Source: Felis catus (lineage: Eukaryota). Taken from it: a DNA stretch of 64,000 bases. Position 1 is the first letter of the stretch, and every line of letters starts with the position of its first letter. A model generated the notes under the pieces. That model did not search any database. It was given only the letters and a program-made list of their open reading frames with translations, and was not told where the DNA came from. The translations under genes were made by a program, and so were the position numbers. Below are positions 25,785 through 38,869 of the stretch, one piece after another. The stretch covers positions 92,630,001-92,694,000 of the forward strand of contig NC_058368.1 of NCBI RefSeq assembly GCF_018350175.1, given 5' to 3'.

Positions 25785-26097
25785 TAGGTTTTATTTATTT
25801 ATTTTTAAGTAATCTTTACACCCAAACTAAGGCTCAAACTTAGGGCCCCAAGATTAAGAGTGGCATGCTCTCGGGGCACCTGGATGGCTTAGTCTGTTAA
25901 ACGGCTGGCTCTGGATCTCCGCTCAGGTCATGATCTCCCGGTTCGTGAATTCGAGCCCCACGTTGGGCTCTGCACTGACAGCACAGAGCCTCCTTGGGAT
26001 TCTTTCTCTCCCTCTCACTGCACCTGCCACCCTCCTCAAAGTAAGTAAATTAAAAAGGAAAAGAGTGGCATGCCCTTCTGACTGAGCCAGACACCCT
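25785..26097 (-). mobile_element. Can-SINE with nested + strand Can-SINE (25873-26060)
   Basis: Inner TSD aagagtggcatgc. Confidence 0.85.
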
Positions 26098-26559
26098 CTG
26101 CTCATGTCTTATTCTGAAGCAAATGCTCTCATTGAATCCAACCAGCAATCTGACAATAGAGGAGAAGAAACAGATCAGCGAGGAGCCCTTCATTATTCGT
26201 GGTTACATGTACCTGAAAAGAATTTTAATTTGTTAGATGAAGGTTAATGTAAATGTTAATGAGTTAGCCTGGTACTTACAGTTCTAAACTATCTCAGCAA
26301 AACCCAGGATGTGAAAGGCAAAACCTCGGTACCTCTTTCTAAATATTTCATCTGGTCCATGAAGACAGGGGTCACTGGGAAATGTCAAGCAAGACTTCTA
26401 CTGAGGACAGAGGTAGAACGAAGAGAGTGTTCACTCATTCAATAAAATAAGGAGAGGAGAAAAGAAGAGACCACCATGTTCATTAAATAGCAAAAGTCAA
26501 ATCAGATGAAGGAACTAAAGCCATGTCTGTTTTTTGTGGCAATACATGGGAAGTGCTGA

Positions 26560-27700
26560 GTTCTCCTGTTTGAATTCCCCTATCAAAAGACGGAGACTGT
26601 CAGATTGGGTTAAAAACCCAGTACTTATGTTTTTTGTAAGAAATGTGTTTGAAATGAGAAAGAAATGTCAAAAGTGAAACATGAAGCAAAGATATATAAG
26701 GCAAATTCAAACCAGAACCCTGGGAATGTATCTGATGTGATAAAAGAATTTTCAAAGGCAAAAGCATTTAATGAGATGAAGGGATGTTAAGTAGTCATAA
26801 AAGTTACAACCCACCAAGAAGATAAAACAACCACAAACTTGAATAACCAAATAAAAATTGCTAAGCGCATGAAGCAGAAAGTCCTCAAAATACAAAGAGA
26901 GCAAAATGAAAACAAAACGATGCCTCTTAATATATGTCCTTCTGAATTTAATGAATTAAAGAGAGAGTTTAAATAATGCAACCAACAGGGGCGTCTGGGT
27001 GGCTCAGTCGGTTGAGCATCTGACTTCAGCTCAGGTCATGACCTCACGGTTTGCTTCCTGAGTTCGAGCCCTGCGTCGGGCTCTGTGCTGACAGCTCGGA
27101 GCCTGGATCCTGGAGCCTGCTCTGGATTCTGTGTCTCCCTCTGTCTCTCTCTGCCCCTCCCCTGCTTGCGCTCTGTCTCTGTCTCTCTCTCAAAAATAAA
27201 CGTTAAAAAGCAAGTAAAAAAATAATGCAAACTATAAATACATATGTATGGTTTTTTAGCAATTGGGAGAGATAAGAACATGGTAGAGATTGACAAATTT
27301 GTACAGCATGATAAAATAAACTTTGCTTTTTCATGCTCATAGAACTGTTTTTGTTTTTGTTTTTTTTCTTTTCTGAAACCAGTCATGTACCTGGACAAAT
27401 AAAGTGTAATAAATTCTAAAATGTAGAAATATTTACAGGCTATATTCTCCCATCATAATCCCATAAAGCCAATGATCAGAATCTTAACTATGTGAAATGT
27501 AAGAATGCATTGCTAAAAATGTCTGTATCGAAGAGGAAATCAAATGGAAATTGAATATTTTATAGACATTTTCAAAAATGAGAAAAAATTTTCAACCAGA
27601 AGTAGGAGAGTATAACTAAAGCTTCACACAAAGAAAACTTTACGTCTTCCAGACATTTATATTAATGAGAAAGAAATATAATTGTGTTAATTACAGAAAT
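26560..27700 (+). mobile_element. Old L1M ORF2 endonuclease-region fragment with Can-SINE (26988-27222, +)
   Basis: atcaaaagacggagactgtcagattgggttaaaaa motif; SINE TSD aaataatgcaa. Confidence 0.65.
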
Positions 27701-27759
27701 ATAAATATAAAGACATTTCTATTTATTATTCTACTACTAATAAACTAAGAGATTATCTG

Positions 27760-28800
27760 ATAACTAAATACCTTTCCATTTCTGGGCTGGCACATCTTCA
27801 TTGCAATATCTTTTTTATATTGTTTCTTTGGCTTACTAATATTTTGCTTAGAACATTTGCGTATATTTTGTTATTGAAAGCAGCCAAGAATTTTTTTTAA
27901 ATGTTTATTTATTTTTGATAGAGAGAGGGAGAGAGAGTGTGAGTGGGGGTGGGGCAGAGAGAGGGAGACAGAGATTTCAAAGCAACATGCTGCCCTGACA
28001 GTACAGAGCCCGACCGAGGACTTGAACCCACAAACTGTGAGGTCATGACCTGAGCCAAAGTGAGATGCTTAACTGAGGCACTCAGGTGCCCCCCAAACAG
28101 CCAAGAATTTGTATTTGTATGGTATCTGTCATGTTTTCATAGTAGATTTATCCTTGTCTCATAAAACGAGTTGGGTTGTAGTTTTTTATTTTTTTCCCGT
28201 TGGTTGGTTGAAGTTTGTAATTATTATTACTATTATTACCACTACTATTATAACTGTTTCTATTAAGTACAATATTTAATAGCAATTGCCTAAAAATCTG
28301 TCTAGGCTTGATGCTGTACTTGTGGGAAAGAATGCAGACTATTGATTCAATGTGTCAAACAATAATATTTTATTTCTTCTTGAATCTGTTTGGTAATTTG
28401 TATTTTTTGAGGAGTGTGTGCAGTTCGTCCAAGTTTTCAAGTATATTGATACGAAACGCATCATGTGTTCTCTTTAATCTTTTTAACCTTAATCAGTTCA
28501 GTTTCCCTTTGCATTACTCATATTGTATATTTATGACTGCTTTTTTTTCTCCTGGATTAATCTTGATGGAGATTTTTTTTAATCTAGGCTTTTGCAAAGT
28601 ACCAGCCTGGATTTTGTTGATCGTTTTTATTGTATGTTTGTATTTTATCTTATTTATTTCTGATCTTATTTTATTATTTCATTCCTTTTACTTCATTTGG
28701 ACTTTTCCTGGTTTTCTTTGTTTAATGTCTATCATTTATTTTTCTTCTAATATAAGCAATTATGGGTATAATATTCTTTCTCAGCGTCATGTTGGTTGTG
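27760..28800 (-). mobile_element. Old L1M antisense fragment with Can-SINE (27890-28093)
   Basis: T-rich degenerate L1 ORF2 antisense; SINE TSD aacagccaagaattt-like. Confidence 0.65.
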
Positions 28801-29189
28801 GCTGCAGTTACAGACCATGCTATTTTTTAAAAAAATTTGCCATATTTGCATTCCCTCCCTCCCACTCCCCCCCCCCTCTCTCACACACACAGGCACACAC
28901 AGACACACTCACACACACATGTATACATACATCGGTCAGATTGATGAGTGCATCCAAAAGCCTGTTTAAGTTGGGTGCTAGGGCATATCCTTCATATAAG
29001 CCCATGTCCTTTTTTTTTTTTTTTTAAGCTGATAAATATCTTAGTGGGCTGATTTATTTTATTTTATTATTTTATATTTTAGTTTAGTTTAGTAATTTCT
29101 GCTCAATATAAGGCTCAAACTCATGACCCTACTATCAAGAGTTTCATGTTCTACCGTCTGAGCCATACAGGTGCCCCAAGCCCTTTTTT

Positions 29190-29720
29190 TTTGAATTTTT
29201 AAATGTACATCAAAGTTAGTTGGCATGTAGTGCAATAATGATTTCAGTAGTAGAATCCAGTGATTCATCCCCTACATGTAACACCCAGAGCTCATCCCAA
29301 CAAGTGTCCTCCTTAATGTCCCCTTGTCCAATTAGCCCATCACCCCACCCACACCACCTCCAGCAATCCCCAGTTTGTTCTCTATATCTAAGCGTCTCTT
29401 ATGTTTTGTCCCCCTCCCTGTGTTTATATATTTTTGCTTCCCTTCCCTTATGTTCATCTGTTTTGCATCTTAAATTCCACATATGAGTGAAGTCATACGA
29501 TATTTGTCTTTCTCTGACTGACTTATTTTGCTTCGTAAAATACACTCTATAACACACTTCTGGTTTTATAATACACTCTATAGTGTATACACTATAATAC
29601 ACTCTAGTTCCACCCACATTGTTGCAAATGGCAGGATTTCATTCTTTTTGATCGCCAGGTAATACTCCATTGTATGTCTATACCACATCTTTATCCGTTC
29701 GTCTGTCGATGGACATTTGA
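29190..29720 (-). mobile_element. Carnivore L1 3' end, preceded by a short SINE (about 29060-29177)
   Basis: Similar to the copies at 38900 and 59400. Confidence 0.88.
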
Positions 29721-32065
29721 AGCCCATCCTTTTATAATAATTTTATAGTGATAAAAATATTCGTCTGCTTGCCCTGGTTCAGTTTTGCTGTTGAAATTGA
29801 CACGTTGTTTTACTAATTTGGGTTTTAGGTCAGTTTCTGATTTTATGAAAGAATATTCCACCATAAAATTCAACGTTTACATCACCTTGCTCTGCATTTC
29901 CTCTAAGGGTAGCTCATAATGAAGATTCAAACAGTGGAGAAACCAGCAACTGTTATGGGGTAGTATCGAAGGAAAAGTAGCATTCCAGTTCCCTAGCAAG
30001 ATGGACAGTGCTTCACAGAATCACACATCAGCGTTGCCAATGTAAGGACTTATTTTGCTACCAAACCTGATATTTTTTAGAAGGCCACTCAGAGGAATTG
30101 TATGGAGTGTATTATGCACATAAATGTCTTAACTTTGATTTTATTTGCAGGACTGACTTGTTCTTGGCAGCAGACAGGACACCCTTACAACATGGTGGCG
30201 GTTTCCAATGAGACCTTCTCTCTTCCACCTTCCAGACACCTGCTAGAGTTTCCTGCTTCCTTGGTTTCTCTTCCATGTTGGTAGATTCCTTTGAACTGGT
30301 AATGTCACTGTATTGATTAAACATTAAACCTCACAGCAGAATTATGGTTTTCTCAATTTTCTCAGTGTCTCATCTCATTTTCTTGTGATTTGAGATTTGG
30401 AAAAACATGCACATCTCCCTGGAAATGCTGTAGAGTAATTCCCACAAGGACACACTACCTTTATGTTTCCACTTCGGTGCATTCTCTCTCTTCTATGCCT
30501 TTGACTTTCCTCCTGGGATCAGCAGGTTTTGGCCCTGGGGCAATTTTTACCGGTTTCTCTAGTGATAAGCTATAGGTAATGAAAATGGCTTTATTTATCC
30601 TCCTTCTTGAAAGATATCATTGGTGAGTATTCAGTTCTATTTGATGGCTACTTTTAAGGCCATTATTTGTCTTTGAACTTGCACTACTCTTGTTGGTAAA
30701 TCAGCTCCTCTTTGTGTTGACATTTCTGGGCAGAAAGTGGGGGTTGCAATGCAGCTGTAGCTGAATTACTGTTGACCTTCGTTCAGGTCTCAGGAAAACG
30801 AGGAAAAATCCCGTGTGTCCCTAACTTTTTACCTCCTTGTAAGGACCTAATTGTAGGAGCCCAAAAGTTTGAACTCATTATTATATGCAAAACCAAAGAC
30901 TTGTTATTTAAAGAAATGGAAGTACTAAATGTTAGATTCAGGTGCTTATGAGAATTTCTCTTATTTTCTTACTGTTTTTTAATGACTATGGGTACTCTTT
31001 TACCTAAAAGTGAGAGGAGGGTTTTTATTTATCTTCATTTCCAACTGTTGTGTTCTTTATTTCTTCTGTCAGAGTGCATCAAAGAGAAAGTAGAAGACGT
31101 TTTCTTTGAAAATCAGAGAAAATGTATACAGAAAAAAATTGTTTATGTAAGTTATTGTATAAAATGCGGATTCCAAGTGTCCTTGGTTCACTATGATTCT
31201 ATGGCATAATAGACTTCGAAATACCTCCAACACTTGAATTCAATTATTAAAATACAAGTTGACCAACAAGCTGATAAAACTTAACCTTGTCATAGCGATT
31301 TCCCTAAGTATAAATTAAATACCTACTATCTCACTACTTTAAGCAATTAGCAAAGACTACATTTTAGATAAAGCATTCATTAAATTATACATTAACAGCA
31401 TTTTCTGCATTGGTTTAGCATATGTTGGTCTCACAGTAAGCCCACCACATGTCAAAAGAAATCACTGCTTTCCAGCGAGTACATTGTGTATGTGTTAACA
31501 TTTGATATTCTGCAAAATATCCATGTATTCTCTCCCCTGTTTGTCACAGTTGCTAGGAAAGAGTATTTGTCCCTCACAGTAAGGGTGACAAATTTTCTTT
31601 TCTTTCAATGTCTATTCATTTTTGAGGAAAACTAAATTGTGTGTGTATGGCAAGTTTAGTATTTATTTGTAGGATTGGCCCAGTATCAAAAATGAAAAAT
31701 CCTGGTGTAACAAGTCCTTTCTCTTTTGAAGATATGGATGAGTTGATGATCTACATAAGTAGTCCTAATCTTTAATTATTACTTCCAGGACTGTGGACGC
31801 AGAATCAAGTTATTGCTCTGAGATGAAATGGAGTATAAGAGCAGTACTTTGTTATGCTCAGGCACACACTCGTTTATTTAAAAAATAAGTATTAAGAACC
31901 TATCTTATCTTAGGTACTGTACTAGGTACTGGGGAGATAGAACAGCAAAGAAGATAGAGAATCTTGACCCTCATGAAATCTATGGTCTGTCGAGGAGGCA
32001 GGTGATGAACCATTTGCACTCAGTACAGGTCGGTCTTCTAGAGCTGGTATTTGAGTTTCTAAGTA

Positions 32066-32688
32066 CAGTCAAACCTTAGTTTGTGAGCATAATTGGTTCC
32101 AGACACACGCTTGTAATCCAAAGCACTTGTATATCAAAGCGAATTTCCCCATAAGAAATAATGGAAACTCAGATGATTCGTTCCACAACCCAAAAGTATT
32201 CATATAAAAATGATTACTATATTGTGATATAATACAAAATAATTAAGAAAATACAAAATATAAGCAAAAATAAACAAATGAACCTGTGCTTACCTTTGAA
32301 AAACTTTGTGGCTGGTGTGAGGGAGACGGGAGAGAGAAGGGTTATTGTGTAGGATGACTTTCACTATCACTCATGGAATCTCTGCTATCTATTGGCTCAA
32401 TGAAATCTTTCTTTTCGTGCAACTTTAACAAGGAACCTATCCAATGACACTTGCTTTTGCCTCCTTTTGAGGATTTCGTGGAAATGTGACGTTGCCCTGA
32501 TGATCACCCACAATCCGGCAGCCAGAGAGAAAGAGAAGAACCATTGGTCAGTTGTGATCATGTGACATTCAGCGTCATATACTACTTGTATTGTAAGACA
32601 TCGCTTGTTTGTCAAGTTAAAATTTATTAGAAATATTTGCTCCTCCTGCAGAACACTTGCAGAACAAGTTACAACCCAAGGTTTTACT
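32066..32688. mobile_element. Tigger/pogo-family non-autonomous DNA transposon with transposase C-terminal relic
   Basis: TA-flanked imperfect TIRs (cagtcaaaccttag / ccaaggttttacta); minus-strand peptide HFHEILKRRQKQVSLDRFLVK. Confidence 0.8.
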
Positions 32689-32789
32689 ATAATCTCATGT
32701 TCTACAAAATCACTTACTAAAACAGGACTGTATTGGAATAAACTAAGCTATGATGGGTTAATAAGAACAACAAATGCTTCTTAGTGACT

Positions 32790-33026
32790 TTATTCTTTTT
32801 CTTTTTCTTTTTTTAAATTTTTAAATTTTATTTATTTATTTTGAGAGAGACAGAGACAGCATGAATTGGGGAGGGGGAGAGAGAGAGGAGAGAGAAATCC
32901 CAAGCAGGCTCCACACTGCCAGCACAGAGCCCAATACAGGGCTCGAACTCACAAACTGCGAGATCATGACCTGAGCCAAAACCAAAAGACAGACGCTTAA
33001 GCGACTGAGCCACCACCCAGGTGTCC
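32790..33026 (-). mobile_element. Can-SINE
   Basis: TSD ttcttagtgacttt. Confidence 0.92.
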
Positions 33027-33837
33027 TGTTTCTTAGTGACTTTAAAGGACAAATTTGAATTTGTCACTGAAGCTAGATACCCATAGTTGGTTGGCAAAAG
33101 GATCTGTTCCTCATAGTCCGATGGAGGCAACACCATCTCCTAATGCTGCCATTCCAACTGGGGTTATTTAGGGTCCAACTTAATAGAGGAGCAGAGAGCC
33201 AGAAATTCTTGAAATGGAATTAAATACTTCTGCCCCAAAGGGACATATGTCATTTTCACTCATATTTCACATAGCTATCCTAATTTCAGCAGGCTGGAAA
33301 AGTGCAGTCATCTGGGTCGCCAGAAGTAAAAGAGAACGGAATACTGGCAAGCACTTGGGAGGGCTTCCCATAGACCGCAAATCTGATCACCAAATTTTCA
33401 GTACATTCTTCTTCCCATCGTGTGAGATACTCAACCCTTGATAAGGGAGATGATCTCAAATGCTCATTTATATCAAAGCATAATGCGCTGTGGTTATCAG
33501 AATCAGATGTGGTCACTGTTGGTCCAAAGATCTCTGAAATTAAAACACAGTTGATCTCCCTCTACTCCATGCCACATACCCAATATACAGGGTAGAGCAA
33601 AGATAGGGTGATAGCAATAAACAATCCCATTGGTGGTAAGAAAAAAAATGGAAGGCACACAGGAGTCATTAGGTCATGTACTATTTCTAAAATCCCACTG
33701 GCAGACAAAGTGAGGGCCATATACTCTGGGAGTGAGGACTGTTCTGTAATTAGGCCCTGAAAATACTGTGATGAGGAAATCTTTTGCTCACTGTTTTCCA
33801 TGGCTCTTAGCTCTGCCCTCTTGAAGGGTCTTCCTTT

Positions 33838-34035
33838 TCTTTTTTTTAAACTTGAGAGACAGAATGAGTGCACAAGAGAGGGAAAGGGCAGAGAGAGAGA
33901 GACAGAGAGAATCCTAAGCAAGCTCCACTCTCAGCATGGAACCCAACATAGGGCTTGATCCCACAACTCTGGGATCATGACCTGAGCTGAAACCAAGAGT
34001 CAGATGCTCAAACTTACAGAGCCACCCAGGCACCC
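33838..34035 (-). mobile_element. Can-SINE
   Basis: SINE body and head. Confidence 0.88.
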
Positions 34036-34404
34036 CTGTGGTGTTACTTTTTATCAGATCACTTTCTGTGTACGGGCATCTGGGTGACCAAGAGTCATTT
34101 TAGGTCTGAAATAGTCATGGGCTTCTGGTTCTTTTGTTAGTACAACTCTCTCAAAAGTTTCATGGAATCTTATCTATTTGATTCTAGCAATCTCTGTCAG
34201 CCAGGAGCAGATAAAGCCCCACTTCATTCAAAAGAATGAAGAGTCACCATTCATTCTTTTTTGGTCAAGTCTCTCCAAACTGCTACATGGACAAAATTGG
34301 TCAAGCACATCCCTCTCTCTGCTGTTTGGCTTAATGGAAGGCCCCTCAAGTCTGTTGGCATTGGTGCAAGAGTCACATATTACACACCTTACCTTGAATC
34401 ATTT

Positions 34405-34652
34405 CTCTTTTTTTAATTAAAAAGATTTTTTTAAGCTTTTTTAAAATCCATTTTGAGAGAGAGAGAGAAAGGCAGCACGAGTGGGGGAGGGGCCAAGAGA
34501 GAATGAGAGAGAAAGAAAGAGAGAATCCCAAGCAGGCTCCGCACTGTCAGCACAGAGCCTGACGCAGGGCTTGAACTCACTAACTGTGAGATCATGACCT
34601 AAGCCGAAACCGAGAGTGGGACGCTTAACTAACTGAGCTACCCAGGCGCCCC
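34405..34652 (-). mobile_element. Can-SINE
   Basis: SINE body and head. Confidence 0.9.
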
Positions 34653-34689
34653 ACTGAGTCATTTATTTCTCGTTGAAAAGCTGCAAATC

Positions 34690-37460
34690 AGGATTTCTAC
34701 CTCTGACCATGATGGAGAAACATGCCTTTACACTACTAGAAAGCTGGGAATTAAGTGGTTTCTGACACTGGGTTGAAGCCGCACAGGATTGTAATCACTA
34801 ACAAAAAGGAAACAAATGAGCTGAGCTCTAGGATGGCCTAGCTTTCTTTTTATTTTTCTTTCTTTTTTTCTTTTAACATTTATTTATTTTTGAGAGAGAG
34901 TGAGGCAAGGGGCAGAGAGAGAGGGAGACAGTTTCCGAAGCAGGCTCTGAGCTGACAGTAGAGAGCCCATGCGGGGTTTGAACCCACAATCCGTGAGATC
35001 ATGCCCTGAGCTGAAGGTGGATGCTCAATCTACACCCTAGGATGACTAGCTTTCTACCTGGAGGCACATTTGGAACTGTGAGGCAGGAGGAGGATGTCAA
35101 AAAGAACTGAAGTTGCCTCAATGACTTGAGAAGGCAGAGGTGTCCAGGTAGCTAAAACTTGTGGAAAAGAGATCCAGAGAGGGAAAATGCCATGGAAAAA
35201 AAGCTCCAGAAATCCGACTATGAATTCCCTTAGGCTGTTTAGCTGCACAGCACTCTGCTTGTGCATGGGATGAAATTCTGGAAGTTGAGGCAAGAGAGCA
35301 ACTGGGGATCCATGAGCTGAACAATTCCCAGAACCCACCCAGGGCCATGGTGAAGAGTTCCCAATAACCACTCAGTAGAGACCAAGAAGGGACACACCTC
35401 AGTTGTGGAGCTACTGTAGACCCTCACAGAGCTTAAAAACAAAACTTGAAAGGATCACACTCAACAGCAAGTAACTTAATGGTCCACACTCCTTAAAGGA
35501 AGACAGCAAAATCAAGAATCTCAACAGTATAAACTTCCCAATATCCAGGATTCCAAAGAATTACTTGATACAAAACATTGGGAAAATAAGACTCATAATT
35601 GGAAAGAAACTCAAGTCGACAGTAACAGACCCAACAGCCAATAAAAATGTGTAGAGAAAAATGCAGTCTGTTCACTCGAAATGCATCATTCACATAATCA
35701 TGAATGCTAAAGTTATACATCTTCTGGAATAATATATAGGTACAAACTATTATGACCTTGGGATAAGCAAAGTGTTTTTTTGATAAACACCAAAATTACT
35801 TTATTAAATTTTTTTAATGTTTTATTTATTTTTGAGAGACAGAGAGATAGCATAAGCAGGGGAGAGGCAGAGAGAGAGGGAGACACACAATCCGATGCAG
35901 GCTCTGGGCTCTGAGCTGTCAGCACAGGGCTTGACATGGGGCTTGAACCCACAAGCCATGAGATCATGACCTGAGCCCAAGTTGGACGCTTCACCAGCTG
36001 AGCCATCCAGGAGCCCCTAAAGTACCTTATTATTATTCAGACATGAACTATTTGGAAGACGCCATCAAGAGGCTGAAAACAGGAACCACAGATTGAATGA
36101 AAATATCCAACATATACATAAAATACATATAAGAGTTTTTTATGTATATTTTAAATATATATATATTTGTATATATATTGTTTTATTATTGTTTTATTTT
36201 TGTTTATTTTGAGAGAGAGAGAGAGAGAGCACAAGTGGGGAAAGGGCAAAGAGAGAGGGAAAGAGAGAATCCCAAGCAGGCTCCGCATCATCAGTGCAGA
36301 GCCCAATGCAGGGCTCCAACTCATGAACTGCAAGATGGTGATCTGAGCCAAAGTCCAATGCTTAATCGACCGAGCCACCAAGGCGTCCCTATATATATAT
36401 TAAATATATATTTCAAAAAATATATTTAAATATATAAATATTATTATATATAAAGAAGTTCTTACAACTCATAAGGAAAAGACAAATAGTCCAGTATAAC
36501 ATGAACCAAAGATTTGAACAGACACTTCACAAAAGAGCATATACAAATGGTCAATAAGCACAAGAAACAATGCTCACCATCATTAGGCATCAGAGAAATG
36601 CAAATTAAAGTCACAACGAGATCCCACCTTATGCAAATTTAATGGCTACAATGGGAAGACTGAGAACCCCCAAGCGCTGATGAGTATGTGGAGGAACAGG
36701 AACTGTCATCTGTCAACCATATTGGAAGATTCTTCAGCACTTTCTTATCAAGATAAACACATACATGTCTTAAGACCCAACAATTCTATGGGGTGCCTGG
36801 GTGGCTTAGTCAGTTGAGTGTCTGACTTCGGCTCAGGTCATGATCTCACAGTTCGTGGTTCGAGCCCCACATCAGGCTCGGTGTTGACAGCTCAGAGCCT
36901 GGAACCTGCTTCCAATTCAGTGTCTCCCTCTCTCTCTGCCCTTTCCCCTCTGGCGCTCTGTCTCTCTTGCTCTCTCTCAAAAATAAACATTAAAAAAAAA
37001 AAGACCCAACAATTCTGATCTAGATAATTACCCAAGGGAAATAAGAACATGTATTTACACAGAGGCTTGTATATGACCCAAATTTTCATCAGTGGGAATG
37101 ACAAATAAATTGTAGTCATCCCCACAACGGTATACAATTTAGCAAAAAACATAATGACTTTCTGATACCCATAGCAACATGATGAATTTTTAAAATACTT
37201 ATCCTGGGTGAAAGGAGCCAGATGCACAGAAGTACATACTGTATGAACTTATTCTACGAAATTCTAAGGAAGCCACATTTAATCTATAGTGATCTATAGA
37301 AAGCAGATCAGTTGCTGATTGGGGCCAGGATAGAGAGAGGTTGCAAAAGGATGTGAAAATCTTGTCTTTTGATGGGCTACATATAATTGCCAGAAGCCCC
37401 CACCCTGTGTACTTAAAATCTGTGAATTTCAGTGTTTGTAAATACAGTTCAATTTTTAAA
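34690..37460 (+). mobile_element. Old fragmented L1M with four Can-SINEs inserted (about 34845-35030 -, 35800-36017 -, 36180-36389 -, 36789-37003 +)
   Basis: gatttgaacagacacttcacaaaagag...gagaaatgcaaattaaa ORF2 motifs and an L1M-type 3' UTR; SINE TSDs such as aagacccaacaattct. Confidence 0.75.
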
Positions 37461-37622
37461 ATATGGGCATTTGTCTCTTAAAGGCATTCTTGAGCTTAGC
37501 TTTTACTTTCCAAAGTCATGGAAAAGTTGCCTTTTAACTTTGCAAGGCCCCAAATATTTTGTGTTCTCTTTACTCTGTTCCACTTTTATTTGGAACCCAG
37601 CCAATTCTTTCAGGAGCTCAAC

Positions 37623-37846
37623 TTTTTTTTTAATAGTTTAATGTTTATTTTTTGAGAGAGAGAGAGATAGAGAGAGAGAGCAAGCAGGGGAGGGACAGAG
37701 AGAGAGAGGCAGACACAGAATCCGAAGCAGGCCCCAGGCTCTGAGCTGTCAGCACAGAGCCCAACGTGGGGCTTGAAATCATGAACTGTGAGATCACGAC
37801 CTGAGCTGAGGTCAGACGCTTAACTGACTGAGCCACCCAGGCGCCC
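37623..37846 (-). mobile_element. Can-SINE
   Basis: TSD aggagctcaacttt. Confidence 0.92.
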
Positions 37847-37890
37847 CAGGAGCTCAACTTTAAAAAAATTTTACCTTGTCGTGTACAACC

Positions 37891-38262
37891 TGTGTTAGTC
37901 CTCCAGGGCTGCCATGGCAAAACACCACCGACTGGGCAGCTTGCAATTTGTTTTCTCACAGTTCCAGAAGCCAGAAATTCAAGATCAATTGGCTGACAGC
38001 ACGGATTTCTCCTGAGGCCCCTCAGGAGGCTTGCAGATGGCTGTGTCCTCACCTGTTTTTTTCCTCTGTGTGTTGGTGCTTCATGTCTGTCTCTTTTTCT
38101 CTCTCTTCTTATGAGGACAGAAGTCATATTGGATTAAGGTCCAACCTTATGACCTCATTTAACCTTAATTACCTCCAGAAAGGTCCTATATCTCAATATA
38201 GTCACACTAGGCATTAGGGCTTTGACAGAGGAATTTTGAAGGCACACATTTCAGTCCATAAC
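37891..38262 (-). mobile_element. MLT1A/B-like MaLR LTR
   Basis: tgtgttagtc...gggctgcc...tctcacagttc...atgacctcatttaaccttaattacctc...cagtccataaca. Confidence 0.88.
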
Positions 38263-38344
38263 ATTCTTTTCTCTGCCTGACCCCACCCAAATTCAGGCCC
38301 TTTTCACATGCAAAAAAATTCACTTCCTCCTAGCAGCCCCCAAA

Positions 38345-38648
38345 TTCTTTCTTCTCCTCCTCCTTCTTCTTCCTCTTCTCCTCCTCCTCTTCCTCCTCCT
38401 CCTCCTCCTCCTTCTTCTCCTCCTCCTCCTCTTCCTCCTCCTCTTTCTTCTTCTTCTTCCCCTCTTTCTCTCCCTCCCCTTCCCCCTCCTCCTCCTTCTC
38501 CTCCTTCTTCTCCTCCTCCACCTTCTTCTTCTCCTCCTCCCCCTCCTCCTTCTCCTTCTCCTCCTTCTCCTTCTACTCCTCCTCCTCCTCCTCCTGCTAC
38601 TCCTCCTCCTCCTTCTTGTCCTCCTCCTCCTCCTTCTTCTCCTTCTTT
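38345..38648. repeat. About 300 bp imperfect (CCT/CTT)n polypyrimidine tract
   Basis: Read directly; abuts the tail of the SINE at 38648-38838. Confidence 0.95.
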
Positions 38649-38838
38649 TAACTTATTTATTTTGAGAGAGATAGCATGAACAGGGGACAGACAGAGAGAG
38701 AAGCAGAGAGAACCCCAAGCAGGCTCTGCACTGTCAGAGCAGAGTCTGACATGGGGCTCGAATTCACAGACTGTGACATCATGATCGGAGCAGAAATAGA
38801 GGTGGACACTTAACCGACTGAGCCACCCAGGAGTTCCC
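38648..38838 (-). mobile_element. Can-SINE
   Basis: SINE body and head. Confidence 0.88.
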
Positions 38839-38869
38839 TCCCCCTTTTATTCAGTCCCAAAATTCTTTT

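Noticed and set aside
28308..29027. 239-aa hydrophobic ORF, the longest in the track
   Set aside because: T-rich antisense of an old L1 plus a CA repeat; no recognisable protein features
38308..38679. 123-aa Pro/Ser ORF and antisense Glu-rich ORF
   Set aside because: Translations of the (CCT/CTT)n microsatellite
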